Positions 9,671 to 19,192 of a stretch of DNA of 50,359 nt are shown here, one piece after another; the first letter of the stretch is position 1, and every line of letters starts with the position of its first letter. The stretch is from positions 1 to 50,359 of the forward strand of contig JBEKXL010000016.1 in NCBI GenBank assembly GCA_049512075.1, in the 5' to 3' direction. A program made the position numbers and the translations under genes. The notes under the pieces are model-generated. The model did no database searches, had not been told where the DNA came from, and was given only the letters and a program-made list of their open reading frames with translations. Origin of the DNA: Candidatus Bathyarchaeia archaeon. GTDB lineage: Archaea; Thermoproteota; Bathyarchaeia; Bathyarchaeales; Bathycorpusculaceae.

Positions 9671-9787
9671 GAACTGTCACGGTCAACCTTTCCTTTCGTT
9701 TCATAAATGTCTGCTTGTATACCCTTGCAGTTCAAAACGTGGACCTGGAGCAAGCTCGGGCCCATGTGATTACAGTTTAATGATAAC

Positions 9788-9803
9788 GTAACAAAACTGT
9801 TAC
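9788..9803. promoter_or_regulatory. Inverted repeat GTAACA-N4-TGTTAC, possible operator upstream of the methyltransferase
   Basis: Perfect 6-bp arms in an AT-rich intergenic segment. Confidence 0.35.
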
Positions 9804-9813
9804 ATTTCAGTTT

Positions 9814-11976
9814 CTAGCGCGTGACCTCTTGGAAATGTCCGGATAGCAATCGTCCTGTGGCGGCGTCCATGTTGATGGTGCGTTTGGTCTTTTTTGTTTT
9901 GTGCCGTACTTTTATGCTCCACACGGGAAGTAAAATCATTTCTGCTGACACTGGGCGGACGCCTATTTTCAATTCTAGCGTTTGGTATGCTCTGTCTGTG
10001 CCAAGTCTTATCTGTGGGAATTTTCCGATTTCGCTGGGCAGTTTGGGCACGAACGTGATGCGTTCGTCTTCGTCCAAGTTTCTGAGTTTCTCGGTGGTGC
10101 TTGTCATGAGTTTGTGGAAGACTATTTCTTTCTTCTCTAGGGATATTATTGCCCCAGTTTGTGCGCTCACGTAGTATGTGCGTGTTTCTTCTTTTTTGAG
10201 GAGGAGCATTTTGGTTGCCTCACGTGTGGCGGTGACTCTCCAGAGGGGGATGTACCAGAACTCTGCATCGTAGATTTCTTCATCTTTGCGTAGCAGGCCA
10301 CCTTCAAGCATGGATTTGGCTCTCTTGGAAGCTTCGACTTGGGTAATACGTGCGGGGATTGTCAGCACCTCTCCGTTGATGTCTTTGGAAGGATCGAGGT
10401 TGAATTCGGACAGCCAGTACAAGTATTCACTCCGGCTTCTGGATCGACCCTTTTTTGCGGCGCCAGCGTTGACGAGCTTGCGGAGGATTTTTTCAGTGTC
10501 CGTTGAGCTGATCTTCAAGCTCTTCGCCACAGAGTCCGCGGGCACGGCCTTTCTTTCTGAATGAAGGAATCGCCGGGTTTTCTCCTCCAGATTCGCGGAG
10601 GGAGTAATGTGGGCGGCTGCGGTCCACTTCTTTGCGATTCTCTTTTCCAAGTGTTTCTCGAAGAAGGCTCTTGATTCGGTGGGCACGTATTGGGAGAGAT
10701 CCTTTTCATCCAGTGTCAGGTGTTTGGTGGCCAGCCAGCGAACATTGAAGTCGACAACGTCATCGTAAAAGTCGGGGGACAGCAGGAGAAATTCGCCTGT
10801 TCGCAGGCTTGGCAGCTTCTGCAGAACGATGTCTGCGTGTGAGGGGTCTATTGATTGGATGATTTTTCGGACTCTGCCAATGTCTTGGGTTGTCATCATG
10901 CGACCGAGACACCACGTGTTGACCTGTGCCAGAGCTTTGTAGTCTATGTCTGTGATGTTCTGTGTGGCCGCCACGAGTCCAACACCGTATTTTCTTGCCT
11001 GTTTGAAGAGAAGGGCGTACGCGTTTTTTGGAGGAGGGTTCCTGGGGTAGGGTGGAATGTAGGGCGAGATTTCGTCAACGTAGAACAACATTCTCAAATC
11101 GTTTGAGGGGTTTTTCAGCATCCAACAATAGAGCTCTTTGAAGAGGGTGGCTAGGAAGAATTGCTTGTCGTTTTCAGAGCTTAAGGTGTTCAAATAGATT
11201 ATGTTCACGGGTACTTTTCCGTCGCTGGTGTCCACGAACAGGCTAATGTCTATCTGAACTCCCAACTGAAACATCAGTGAAGAAGTTCCAACTGTCAGAA
11301 AGCGTAGCTTCCGGGCAATCTCTTCAGGCTCTTTCTTGGCTACCAGACTGTTGAGAGTGGCGGCGATTTTGGCTGGGGGGTTCAGGACTATGTGAGCCAA
11401 GTGGCTCATGTCGCTGATTCTCTGCCCTTGTTGCCACAGGTGTTCGAGTATGGTGAACATGTAGGCCCTGGCACTTTTTCCAGCGTCTGCGTTTACATCG
11501 TAGCCGAGAAAGCTTGCAAGGGACGTGGCCGTGAGGTCGATAGTTTGGATGGCCTCTTCATGCGGAATGTCTTGGGAAGGAGATTTGAACGGGTTGACAC
11601 TTATGGGGATGGCTTTGTTGCTGGCAGGAGTGAAGATGGCTATCCTTGCCTTTGAGAAGAATTCCTCTTGAACCTCCAAGGACGTTCCGTGTTCTGTGAG
11701 TTCTTCAGGATTACCCTTTATGGCGAGGGAGGAAATGTCTCCTTGAGGGTCGATAATGATGACCGGGATGTTGTTTCGCACAGCCTCTTCGATGATGCAT
11801 TTGCACAACACGGTTTTGCCGGAACCGCTGCCTCCGAGGGCCATGAAGTGACGTTTGAATGCGTTAATTGGCAGCTCTACCGGAGACCCATCTGCCCTGG
11901 TCCTGCCCAAGAACAAGGAACCGTGAGTCTCCATTCTCGTGTTATTTGAACTTGTTTCACCGTTCATTCCTGGCAC
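9814..11976 (-). CDS. HerA/FtsK-superfamily (DUF87-type) ATPase with C-terminal wHTH-like and unknown domains
   Basis: RHFMALGGSGSGKT (Walker A), IIIDPQGD, FYVDE (Walker B), ARKYGVGLVAATQN, L.TGEF. Confidence 0.85.
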   Translation of the reverse strand: MPGMNGETSSNNTRMETHGSLFLGRTRADGSPVELPINAFKRHFMALGGSGSGKTVLCKCIIEEAVRNNIPVIIIDPQGDISSLAIKGNPEELTEHGTSLEVQEEFFSKARIAIFTPASNKAIPISVNPFKSPSQDIPHEEAIQTIDLTATSLASFLGYDVNADAGKSARAYMFTILEHLWQQGQRISDMSHLAHIVLNPPAKIAATLNSLVAKKEPEEIARKLRFLTVGTSSLMFQLGVQIDISLFVDTSDGKVPVNIIYLNTLSSENDKQFFLATLFKELYCWMLKNPSNDLRMLFYVDEISPYIPPYPRNPPPKNAYALLFKQARKYGVGLVAATQNITDIDYKALAQVNTWCLGRMMTTQDIGRVRKIIQSIDPSHADIVLQKLPSLRTGEFLLLSPDFYDDVVDFNVRWLATKHLTLDEKDLSQYVPTESRAFFEKHLEKRIAKKWTAAAHITPSANLEEKTRRFLHSERKAVPADSVAKSLKISSTDTEKILRKLVNAGAAKKGRSRSRSEYLYWLSEFNLDPSKDINGEVLTIPARITQVEASKRAKSMLEGGLLRKDEEIYDAEFWYIPLWRVTATREATKMLLLKKEETRTYYVSAQTGAIISLEKKEIVFHKLMTSTTEKLRNLDEDERITFVPKLPSEIGKFPQIRLGTDRAYQTLELKIGVRPVSAEMILLPVWSIKVRHKTKKTKRTINMDAATGRLLSGHFQEVTR

Positions 11977-12087
11977 ATCTCCAAAATAGCAGTACGAGAG
12001 CAGATCGGCATGTTGTAGTTGGTTTCTGTCTTATTAACAATTACCAGCACGCGCAAAGGAGGCGCACAGGAAAACGGTCACTGCGCG

Positions 12088-12384
12088 CTACTTCGCAAAT
12101 AGAAAACCCAGTGCGAGGCCGATAAGGAAAGCCACGGAAGAATAGGGCAGGACGTTGAGCCAGCCGTGCCCAAGGTCGTATAGCTTGGGCAGAAGGTTCA
12201 TTGCCGCGGCGAAAAGGCCGCTGAAGGTCAGGCTCAAGATGCCGGTGGCGACTAGGACTATGACAAGTGCGACGACGAGTATCATAAGCTTCAAAGCTTT
12301 CTTTATGACAGCACCCACCAGCAAGCCTATGATGAACGGTAGGACAACCGGGACTATCCAAGCGACCTCAGGAGGGATTGACAT
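12088..12384 (-). CDS. FUN14-like small membrane protein
   Basis: IGLLVGAVIKKALKLMILVV..L..TG and a C-terminal F..G.ALGF. Start placed at ATG 12384. The stop overlaps GCGCGC (12083-12088). Confidence 0.65.
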   Translation of the reverse strand: MSIPPEVAWIVPVVLPFIIGLLVGAVIKKALKLMILVVALVIVLVATGILSLTFSGLFAAAMNLLPKLYDLGHGWLNVLPYSSVAFLIGLALGFLFAK

Positions 12385-12520
12385 TGTTTTCCCAGAATGT
12401 TGTCTCTTTCTATCTAGAAACAACTTCCGAAGCTTGTATAAAAGTATTTGTGGCAACCAGCCTGGCGTACTCGAGCCATTCACCCTTACGAAGAATTAGG
12501 CATGAAGGCAACCTATTTCT

Positions 12521-12570
12521 TTGAATACTATAGGATAATATAGAATACAGTAGAATACCGTAGAAAAGCT
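12521..12570. repeat. Imperfect 10-bp tandem repeat x5 (consensus TAGAATACNN)
   Basis: TTGAATACTA TAGGATAATA TAGAATACAG TAGAATACCG TAGAAAAGCT, lying between divergent genes. Confidence 0.7.
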
Positions 12571-12612
12571 TAAGATAATGGCATCGATGCCGAAGGTTGG
12601 ATATCACTGGAA

Positions 12613-13557
12613 GTGACAAGTTTGAGCAATGATAGCGCTATTCAAGTGGAAGGGCTTACTAAGCGTTACGGCGATTTGGTTGCTGTTAACGGCATTTCTT
12701 TTTCTGTCAATCAGGGTGAGATCTTTGCGTTTCTGGGGCCCAACGGAGCTGGCAAAACGACGACGGTGGAGATGTTGGAGTGCCTGCGAAAGCCCACGAG
12801 CGGGAAAGCCTTTGTTCTCGGGCTTGACATCGCGAAGGACCAGATGGCGATAAAGAGGAAGGCAGGTGTTTTGCCGCAGGACTTTTACACTTATGAGAGG
12901 CTTACGGTCAGGGAGACGATTCAGTATTATGCTGGCATGTTTAACAGTCGTCCGGATGTCGAGGGTTTGATAAAACTCGTGGATCTGGAGGATAAGAAGA
13001 ATGTGCTCTTTAAGCACTTGTCAGGCGGTTTGAAGCAACGCTTAGGCATAGCTGTCGCTTTGGTTAACGATCCTGATGTGATTTTTCTGGACGAGCCGTC
13101 AGCGGGGTTGGATCCGAAGGCGCGTCACGGTGTGTGGCACCTTATCGAGGGGCTTCAAAAGCAGGGAAAAACCGTTTTCTTAACGACGCACTACATGGAA
13201 GAGGCTGAAATTCTTGCCAGTAGGGTGGGCATCATTCACAGCGGCAACATCGTTGCACTTGATACGCCTCAGAGGCTTATTTCCGAACACGGCAAGAGGA
13301 ACATGCTCATACTGAAAGAAACCAGTCCGAAGGCTGTTCCGAACATAGAGAAACTCGGGATAAAAGCCAACTATGACGAATCAACCGGAGACGTCACCGT
13401 CCACATGAACCATTCTGTGACCGTCTCAGAAGTCCTGCACAGTCTAAGCAACAGCGACATACCGTTCGGTGAACTGCAGCTCAGACGCTCAAGCCTTGAA
13501 GACGTGTTTCTAAACCTAACTGGGGAAACATTGGGAGAGGAGGAAGGCACAGCATGA
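12613..13557 (+). CDS. ABC-2 type exporter ATP-binding subunit
   Basis: GPNGAGKTT, LSGG, FLDEP, TTHYMEE. Confidence 0.95.
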   Translation: MTSLSNDSAIQVEGLTKRYGDLVAVNGISFSVNQGEIFAFLGPNGAGKTTTVEMLECLRKPTSGKAFVLGLDIAKDQMAIKRKAGVLPQDFYTYERLTVRETIQYYAGMFNSRPDVEGLIKLVDLEDKKNVLFKHLSGGLKQRLGIAVALVNDPDVIFLDEPSAGLDPKARHGVWHLIEGLQKQGKTVFLTTHYMEEAEILASRVGIIHSGNIVALDTPQRLISEHGKRNMLILKETSPKAVPNIEKLGIKANYDESTGDVTVHMNHSVTVSEVLHSLSNSDIPFGELQLRRSSLEDVFLNLTGETLGEEEGTA

Positions 13558-14669
13558 GCCACGTAGTGATAGACCTGAAAGCAAGTCTCAGGAGTTTCCT
13601 GCGCAACAAGAGCACCATTTTCTGGACGATTGCATTTCCATGCGTTCTCATACTCCTATTCGGGGCTATTTTCAGTTATTCCTCCGTGAAGTATGACCTT
13701 TACCTTCAGAACCAAGATATGGTGGATGGAAAAGCAACTTACTGGTCCAATACTCTGATAAACATACTGAACTCTTCAGGTGTCTTCAACATCCAGACGG
13801 TTAACGCCACTGTCAATGCCACAGACTATGCAATATCAAACAGGCTGAGCAGCTTGATTATCATCCCCTCCGGGTTTAACGACTCCGCCAACATGGCCCT
13901 TTTCACTCACACTGCTAACCTTGCAAACGTCACCTACGTCTTCGACCAGTCCACATCTTCGGCACCGGTAGTGGGCAGCATCGTGACGAGCATTGTCGAA
14001 AACATCAACTTCCAACTCTCAAATGGAGTCAAGTACTTGAACGTTCAAGACTTTACCATTGCGCCGAAGCGTTATGGCTACATTGACTTCTTTCTGCCCG
14101 GCATGATAGGGGTGACGGCCATGACGACCAGCATTTTCACTTCGGTTTCGATAAGCGCCCAGTTCAAGCAGAACGGTGTTTTTCACAAGTTGGCAACTAC
14201 GCCGCTGAGACGTTACGAATGGATACTTTCCAGAACCGTATACAACGTCCTGATAACTTTTCTGGGCATGGCAGTTATGCTTATTTTGGGAGTGGCCGTG
14301 TTTGGCATGAAGATGACTGTGGACGCCGTTTCGTTGTTCATGGTGGCGATGGCCTCTCTGATGTTCACGGGTTTAGGGATGATCATCGCAAGGTTCGTGA
14401 AAGACCCGGATGGCGCAGACGCGGCGGCGAACGTGATAACCTTCCCAATGATGTTTCTTTCGGGCACGTTCTTCCCGCTGAGCCAGATGCCACTGTTCTT
14501 GCAAGCGATCGCACAAGTGCTTCCGCTCACTTACGTGAGTGACGGACTCAGAGCCTCCATGATTTTCGGCCAAACGCAGACGGCAATCTTGAACACTGCC
14601 ATAATCACCGTGTTGGGAATTGCATGCATCGTCATAGGTTCTTGGATAACCAAATGGGAAGAAGACTAG
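13554..14669 (+). CDS. ABC-2 type exporter permease
   Basis: N-terminal TM, extracellular loop, YIDFFLPG, MFLSGTFFP, LPLTY; overlaps the ATPase stop. Confidence 0.92.
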   Translation: MSHVVIDLKASLRSFLRNKSTIFWTIAFPCVLILLFGAIFSYSSVKYDLYLQNQDMVDGKATYWSNTLINILNSSGVFNIQTVNATVNATDYAISNRLSSLIIIPSGFNDSANMALFTHTANLANVTYVFDQSTSSAPVVGSIVTSIVENINFQLSNGVKYLNVQDFTIAPKRYGYIDFFLPGMIGVTAMTTSIFTSVSISAQFKQNGVFHKLATTPLRRYEWILSRTVYNVLITFLGMAVMLILGVAVFGMKMTVDAVSLFMVAMASLMFTGLGMIIARFVKDPDGADAAANVITFPMMFLSGTFFPLSQMPLFLQAIAQVLPLTYVSDGLRASMIFGQTQTAILNTAIITVLGIACIVIGSWITKWEED

Positions 14670-14768
14670 GAATCAATACGCGAACAAGTCCCAAACACGA
14701 TGGATGCACAATTCTTAATTTGCAACGGGTAGAATGTAGAAGACGGTGGCTGGAGCACGACGACCCGA

Positions 14769-15374
14769 GTGACTGAATTTGAAGTGTTAACCTGGAACCG
14801 AATGTACAACGTTCTCTTGAGTCTAGCGAGGAAGATTCTCAGAAGTGGGTTTGTGCCGGATGTGATAGTCGGCGTTTCGAGGGGAGGCTGGATTCCTGCT
14901 CGCGTGCTCTGCGACTTGTTGAGTGCCCCTGTGCTGGCGAACATCGGAGTCGAATTCTATACTGGTATCGGCAAGGCTGGGCGCCAACCGAGACTAACGC
15001 AACCGCTATCAGCCTCGGTGTCGGGCAAGAAAGTGCTTCTCGTCGACGAGGTTGCAGACACTGGAGGGAGCCTGAAGTTGGCTAAGGAGCAGGTCATCAA
15101 AGAAGGAGCAAAGAAAGTGAGAACGGTGACTATGTACACGAAACCGTGGAGCATCATCGAACCAGACTACCAAGGAAAAAAGACGTCATGTTGGATAGTT
15201 TTCCCATGGGAAACAAAAGAGACCATCCAATCAGTAACACGAGACTCAAAATGGAAACAGAGAAAAGAACTGGATGATCTCCAACACGGACGATTATCGG
15301 CAAGGCAAGCCCAGAGATTCCTGAACAAGGTTTTAGCAGAAAAGCACAAAATCAGAAGATCTGAGCCAGATTGA
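14769..15374 (+). CDS. Type I (purine) phosphoribosyltransferase
   Basis: VGVSRGGWIPAR, PRPP loop VLLVDEVADTGGS, WIVFPWE. Confidence 0.9.
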   Translation: MTEFEVLTWNRMYNVLLSLARKILRSGFVPDVIVGVSRGGWIPARVLCDLLSAPVLANIGVEFYTGIGKAGRQPRLTQPLSASVSGKKVLLVDEVADTGGSLKLAKEQVIKEGAKKVRTVTMYTKPWSIIEPDYQGKKTSCWIVFPWETKETIQSVTRDSKWKQRKELDDLQHGRLSARQAQRFLNKVLAEKHKIRRSEPD

Positions 15375-15479
15375 GTAACTCCACGTCCAGCCAAGTTGGC
15401 ATGGAAGTTGCATGGGCCACGTCACAAGTCTTTAAATACGAAGAAGGGGAAAGTGTGCCTTAAGGAGGAAAAAAACAGC

Positions 15480-16835
15480 TTGTTAAAGCGTTGGTTACTA
15501 GCAGATGTCCTAATGTTTGCAATAGTCTTGAGCTTCGCAGCTCAAATATGCGTCTTCAATGCCACAACGAAACAGAATGCCATAGGAATCGTCTACGGCG
15601 CCAACGGTCCACTCGCAGGCGTCTTCGTGTCAGCAGAAGGAGACAACGGCTCAGGATACGCCATAACCGACAGTTCTGGACAATACACTATGACTACGGG
15701 CCTAAAGACTGGAACCTACAACGTGACAACAGAATTTGCCACTGGGTACATTGACGACGAAGTAGACTCCGTAAGCGTAACAGCTGGCCAAACCACACCA
15801 AACGTAAACTTTGATTTACAGCTTTCCGGCGGAATCTCAGGCACAGTCACCGACGCCGTGAGCCAAAACCCAATCAACGCCACTGATATCTACGCGGAGC
15901 TTTCAAATGGAACAGGAACCTTCGGATTTTATGGCATAACAGGGTCTGATGGGAAATATCAAATAGCGACAAACCTGCCGACCGGCATGTACAACGTCTC
16001 GATTTTACTGGCACCAGATGGATATATCAGTAATATGACGACCGCAAACGTCGTTGCGGGAGTTGAAACCAAGAATGTGAACATTGCTCTGGCAAGGTCG
16101 GGAATCATCTCGGGAAATGTAGCGGCACCAAACGGCACAGGTCTCTTCGGCATTGACGTCACTGCTTTCTCAAGCAGCGGCAGCACATCGTACTATGGTT
16201 ATACCACAACAGACTCGGCAGGCAACTACCAGATAGCCACAGGTCTGGGAACAGACAACTACACCCTAGAAGCTAGCGGCGACGGAAACTACACAATGTA
16301 CGAAAGCATCATGAACCCCATTGATGTTCCTGTTACTGCTGGCCAAGAGACGAGCGGCATAAACATGGAATTAACCCCTGTCACCATAACCACAAAAGCT
16401 TCGGGAACGATAACTGGACGCATAACAGACCAAAGCGGACACCCGATTAGATTCGCATCGGTCAGCGCCACTGGGAGCAACGGCTCCGGTTCAGGCGAAA
16501 CCGACAGCAACGGCGACTACAGCATCTCAAGTGGATTGGGAACCGGCTACGACTACAACGTCAGCGCAACAACCTCAGGCTATTATGATGCATATTACCC
16601 AACTCTCGTTACCGTCACAGTCGACCAGACAACACCCAACATCAACATCCAAATGACCGCGCAGCCAGCACAAAACTTCGGAACAATCACAGGCACCGTT
16701 ACAGGAGCTCCAAACCCGATTCCAGAGTTTCAGTACCCATTGATGGCAATGCTCTCACTAACACTCGTAGCTGCGGTAGCAGGCAAATTGATGCTGAAAA
16801 CGAAACGCTACAACAACGCGGACAACGCCCCATAA
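15480..16835 (+). CDS. Cell-surface protein with about four carboxypeptidase-regulatory-like beta-sandwich repeats and a PEF-CTERM sorting signal
   Basis: Signal peptide; repeats G.ISG.V...TD..G.Y.I..GL..G.Y.V; C-terminal IPEF + TM + KTKR. Start placed at TTG 15480, after AAGGAGG and a TTTAAATA box near 15431. Confidence 0.85.
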   Translation: MLKRWLLADVLMFAIVLSFAAQICVFNATTKQNAIGIVYGANGPLAGVFVSAEGDNGSGYAITDSSGQYTMTTGLKTGTYNVTTEFATGYIDDEVDSVSVTAGQTTPNVNFDLQLSGGISGTVTDAVSQNPINATDIYAELSNGTGTFGFYGITGSDGKYQIATNLPTGMYNVSILLAPDGYISNMTTANVVAGVETKNVNIALARSGIISGNVAAPNGTGLFGIDVTAFSSSGSTSYYGYTTTDSAGNYQIATGLGTDNYTLEASGDGNYTMYESIMNPIDVPVTAGQETSGINMELTPVTITTKASGTITGRITDQSGHPIRFASVSATGSNGSGSGETDSNGDYSISSGLGTGYDYNVSATTSGYYDAYYPTLVTVTVDQTTPNINIQMTAQPAQNFGTITGTVTGAPNPIPEFQYPLMAMLSLTLVAAVAGKLMLKTKRYNNADNAP

Positions 16836-16837
16836 AA

Positions 16838-16852
16838 TCTTCCCTTTTTTTG
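16838..16852 (+). terminator. Oligo-T archaeal terminator-like tract
   Basis: TCTTCCCTTTTTTTG directly after the stop codon. Confidence 0.45.
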
Positions 16853-17358
16853 TCAAAAACCCTTTCGCATCAAATATGCGACCCTCGTGCCCCTTGTTAC
16901 AGCCCAAAACAGATCTCTTTCTCAAATTCTGGAAGAACACTTACACCAACGCGCCAAGTTTCTTTCCGAACAGAAACTAAACAGGCTCTCTTTCCACCCA
17001 AAAAATTCAGCGCAGACCCCATTCAAGTTCTCGCAACGGCCCAGAGCAGTGAAAGGGAGAAAGGAGAGACGAAAAAGTTCTTCAGCTCCTCTGGGCCTGT
17101 GCGAGTCCTTTTCTGAGAGGATAGAGTATTGCCGACTTGTTCTCAACCTCCGGATACGCCTTGGTTTGCGAATTATTAAGGCGTTTTTCAGAATTATATC
17201 AGAATTGGATCCTATTCTATTCCTAATGTGATCCTACATTCGCGCAATATCTGAGTACACGCTTCAAGGAGAAAGTGCGGGCGATTGGTTTGCGGAATCC
17301 GATGACAGACGATCCTATCAGAAAACATAACTTGCGGTGCCGCGTAGAGAGTTCGGAG

Positions 17359-18129
17359 ATGTTGATGAGGAAGCGCTTGCAGCCTCACATAATGTGTGGG
17401 GTTGGGGACGTTGCTAGGTATGTCCTGCTTTCGGGAGATCCTAAGAGAGTTGAGAGGATTGCTGCTTTCTTTGACGACAGCGTGAAGGTTGGGGACTACA
17501 GGGGGTTCGTGACGCACACGGGCAGCGTCGAAGGCATTGGAGTTTCTGCCTGCTCAACGGGAATCGGGTGTCCGTCGGCGGCGATTGTCGTTGAGGAGTT
17601 GGCGAAGATTGGGGCTGAGACCCTTATACGAGTTGGAACGACGGGCAGTCTGCAACCCGACGTAGAGGTTGGCGACATCGTCATCGCACCTGCCGCTGTA
17701 CGCGGCGATGGAACATCAAGAAACTACGTGCCGATTGAGTACCCTGCCGTCGCCGATTTCAACGTGACCGCAGCACTGTTTCAAGCCGCACAAGAGTCGA
17801 AACGGAAGGTTCATTTCGGCCCTGTTTTGACTACAGATGCGTTCTACGGCGACGTGGACGACCTGAAACGCTGGAGAAGGCTTGACGTCTTGTCCGTTGA
17901 GATGGAGTGTTCCGCGATATTTGCACTTGCAAAACTGAGGAAGTTGAGGGCTGGAGCCATCCTGGCTGTTGATAGCAAACCATTAATGGGCCTGGAGAAG
18001 GGTGAATTTGAACCCGGGCAAAGAACTGGAGAGCTGGATGAAGGCGTTCAAGAAGCAATCAAAGAAGAGATACGCATCGCCATTAAGGCAATAAAAGTCT
18101 TAGAGAACAAGTCGAAGAAAAGAAGCTGA
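17359..18129 (+). CDS. Nucleoside phosphorylase (uridine/purine NP-I family)
   Basis: QPHI, GDPKRV, STGIGCPS.AI.VEEL, IRVGT.G, RGDGTS, DAFY, VEME. Start estimated. Confidence 0.9.
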   Translation: MLMRKRLQPHIMCGVGDVARYVLLSGDPKRVERIAAFFDDSVKVGDYRGFVTHTGSVEGIGVSACSTGIGCPSAAIVVEELAKIGAETLIRVGTTGSLQPDVEVGDIVIAPAAVRGDGTSRNYVPIEYPAVADFNVTAALFQAAQESKRKVHFGPVLTTDAFYGDVDDLKRWRRLDVLSVEMECSAIFALAKLRKLRAGAILAVDSKPLMGLEKGEFEPGQRTGELDEGVQEAIKEEIRIAIKAIKVLENKSKKRS

Positions 18130-18201
18130 ACAAAGACAAGTGCGAAACCGAGGCAGCAGCAACGCAGGAGCAGGCGTTTCCACGGGTTCTTTGTTCGAGG
18201 T

Positions 18202-18280
18202 TCAAAGGTCTCCGGATTCTTTTATCTTTGTCCTCGTATGGTGCTGCGACTCTTCTATAGAATTCGAGCTTGATGCGCGC
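18202..18280 (-). pseudogene. C-terminal remnant of a small conserved protein (DUF6899-like)
   Basis: The minus strand read from GCGCGC gives IKLEFYRRVAAPYEDK, then after a frameshift KIKESGDL*. This resembles the LEfYRR..apYEd.k...nGD family motif (assignment from memory). Confidence 0.55.
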
Positions 18281-18314
18281 AGTGTATCAAGAGGGTTCAG
18301 AGTGCGCTGGAAAA

Positions 18315-18635
18315 CTACCGTTTTTTGACTTTTTTGTTGTCGAGTTTCTTGTTTCGCTTTTTGAAAAACCATGGGTATCGTTCCATGTCCTCGCATATTG
18401 GTCGTGGCATACGCCCTGTATATGCATCTGGATGTCCATCAGGCGACACTATCGGATACTTCAGTTTGACATTTCTGATTGTAACCCTGTAGACCATGTA
18501 AACGGAAAAGACAAAAGCTCCAGTAGCTACAAGCAGATAAAAGTAGAGTCCAGCAGCCGTAAAACCCATCATTGGCAAACTGTATATGAACATAACTAAA
18601 AGTAGGCCCCACAGGAACCTTGACTTTCTGTTCAC
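18315..18635 (-). CDS. Small two-TM hypothetical protein
   Basis: Two hydrophobic helices and a basic tail. Confidence 0.55.
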   Translation of the reverse strand: MNRKSRFLWGLLLVMFIYSLPMMGFTAAGLYFYLLVATGAFVFSVYMVYRVTIRNVKLKYPIVSPDGHPDAYTGRMPRPICEDMERYPWFFKKRNKKLDNKKVKKR

Positions 18636-18802
18636 ATGTTCCCCCGCAAGGATAATTGGGGCAAACCTTGCTTATACGCTTTGTCCGTAGACCGGGAACG
18701 GCAATCTGACCAGCAAATCTCTGACGCCGAACAAAACTTTCGCCGTCCTGAAGCCAAGCTTTATTTTCTAAGGACCTATTAATGACCCTCTAGACGACAG
18801 AT

Positions 18803-19192
18803 ATGTCCACAAACCCTCTAGACTTCTACAAAGAATTTGACCCCAAAGTTATTGAATCCTTCAACCGGTTACAGGACCTTGTCCTTTGTGAGGGAGCTCT
18901 GCCTCAGAAATCCAAAGTGCTGATAGCTATGGCCATAGACGTGGAGCAAAGCGCGCTTCAAGGCGCCACAGCGCTAGGCAGGAGAGCCCTTAAACTGGGA
19001 GCAACAAAGGAAGAAATCATCGAACCCCTCAGAGTAGCATATTACGTCGGAGGCAACCGTGCCCTCTTCACTTCCGCACAAGTCCTGCAAAACCTCTTCA
19101 AACAAGACAAGAACCCTAACCCGCCCACAACCTCCTCTGAGACTATCCTCTCCGATACGAAAAGCAAGAACGATGGGAAAAAAGAACCTTGA
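18803..19192 (+). CDS. Carboxymuconolactone decarboxylase (CMD/AhpD-like) family protein, no CxxC
   Basis: GALPQKSKVLIAMAID...ALKLGATKEEI.E.L.VA...GG. Confidence 0.8.
   Translation: MSTNPLDFYKEFDPKVIESFNRLQDLVLCEGALPQKSKVLIAMAIDVEQSALQGATALGRRALKLGATKEEIIEPLRVAYYVGGNRALFTSAQVLQNLFKQDKNPNPPTTSSETILSDTKSKNDGKKEP

Noticed and set aside
16850-17231. ORFs 16850-17116, 16887-17231 and 16922-17146
   Set aside because: No recognisable motifs and mutually overlapping; treated as non-coding or decayed.
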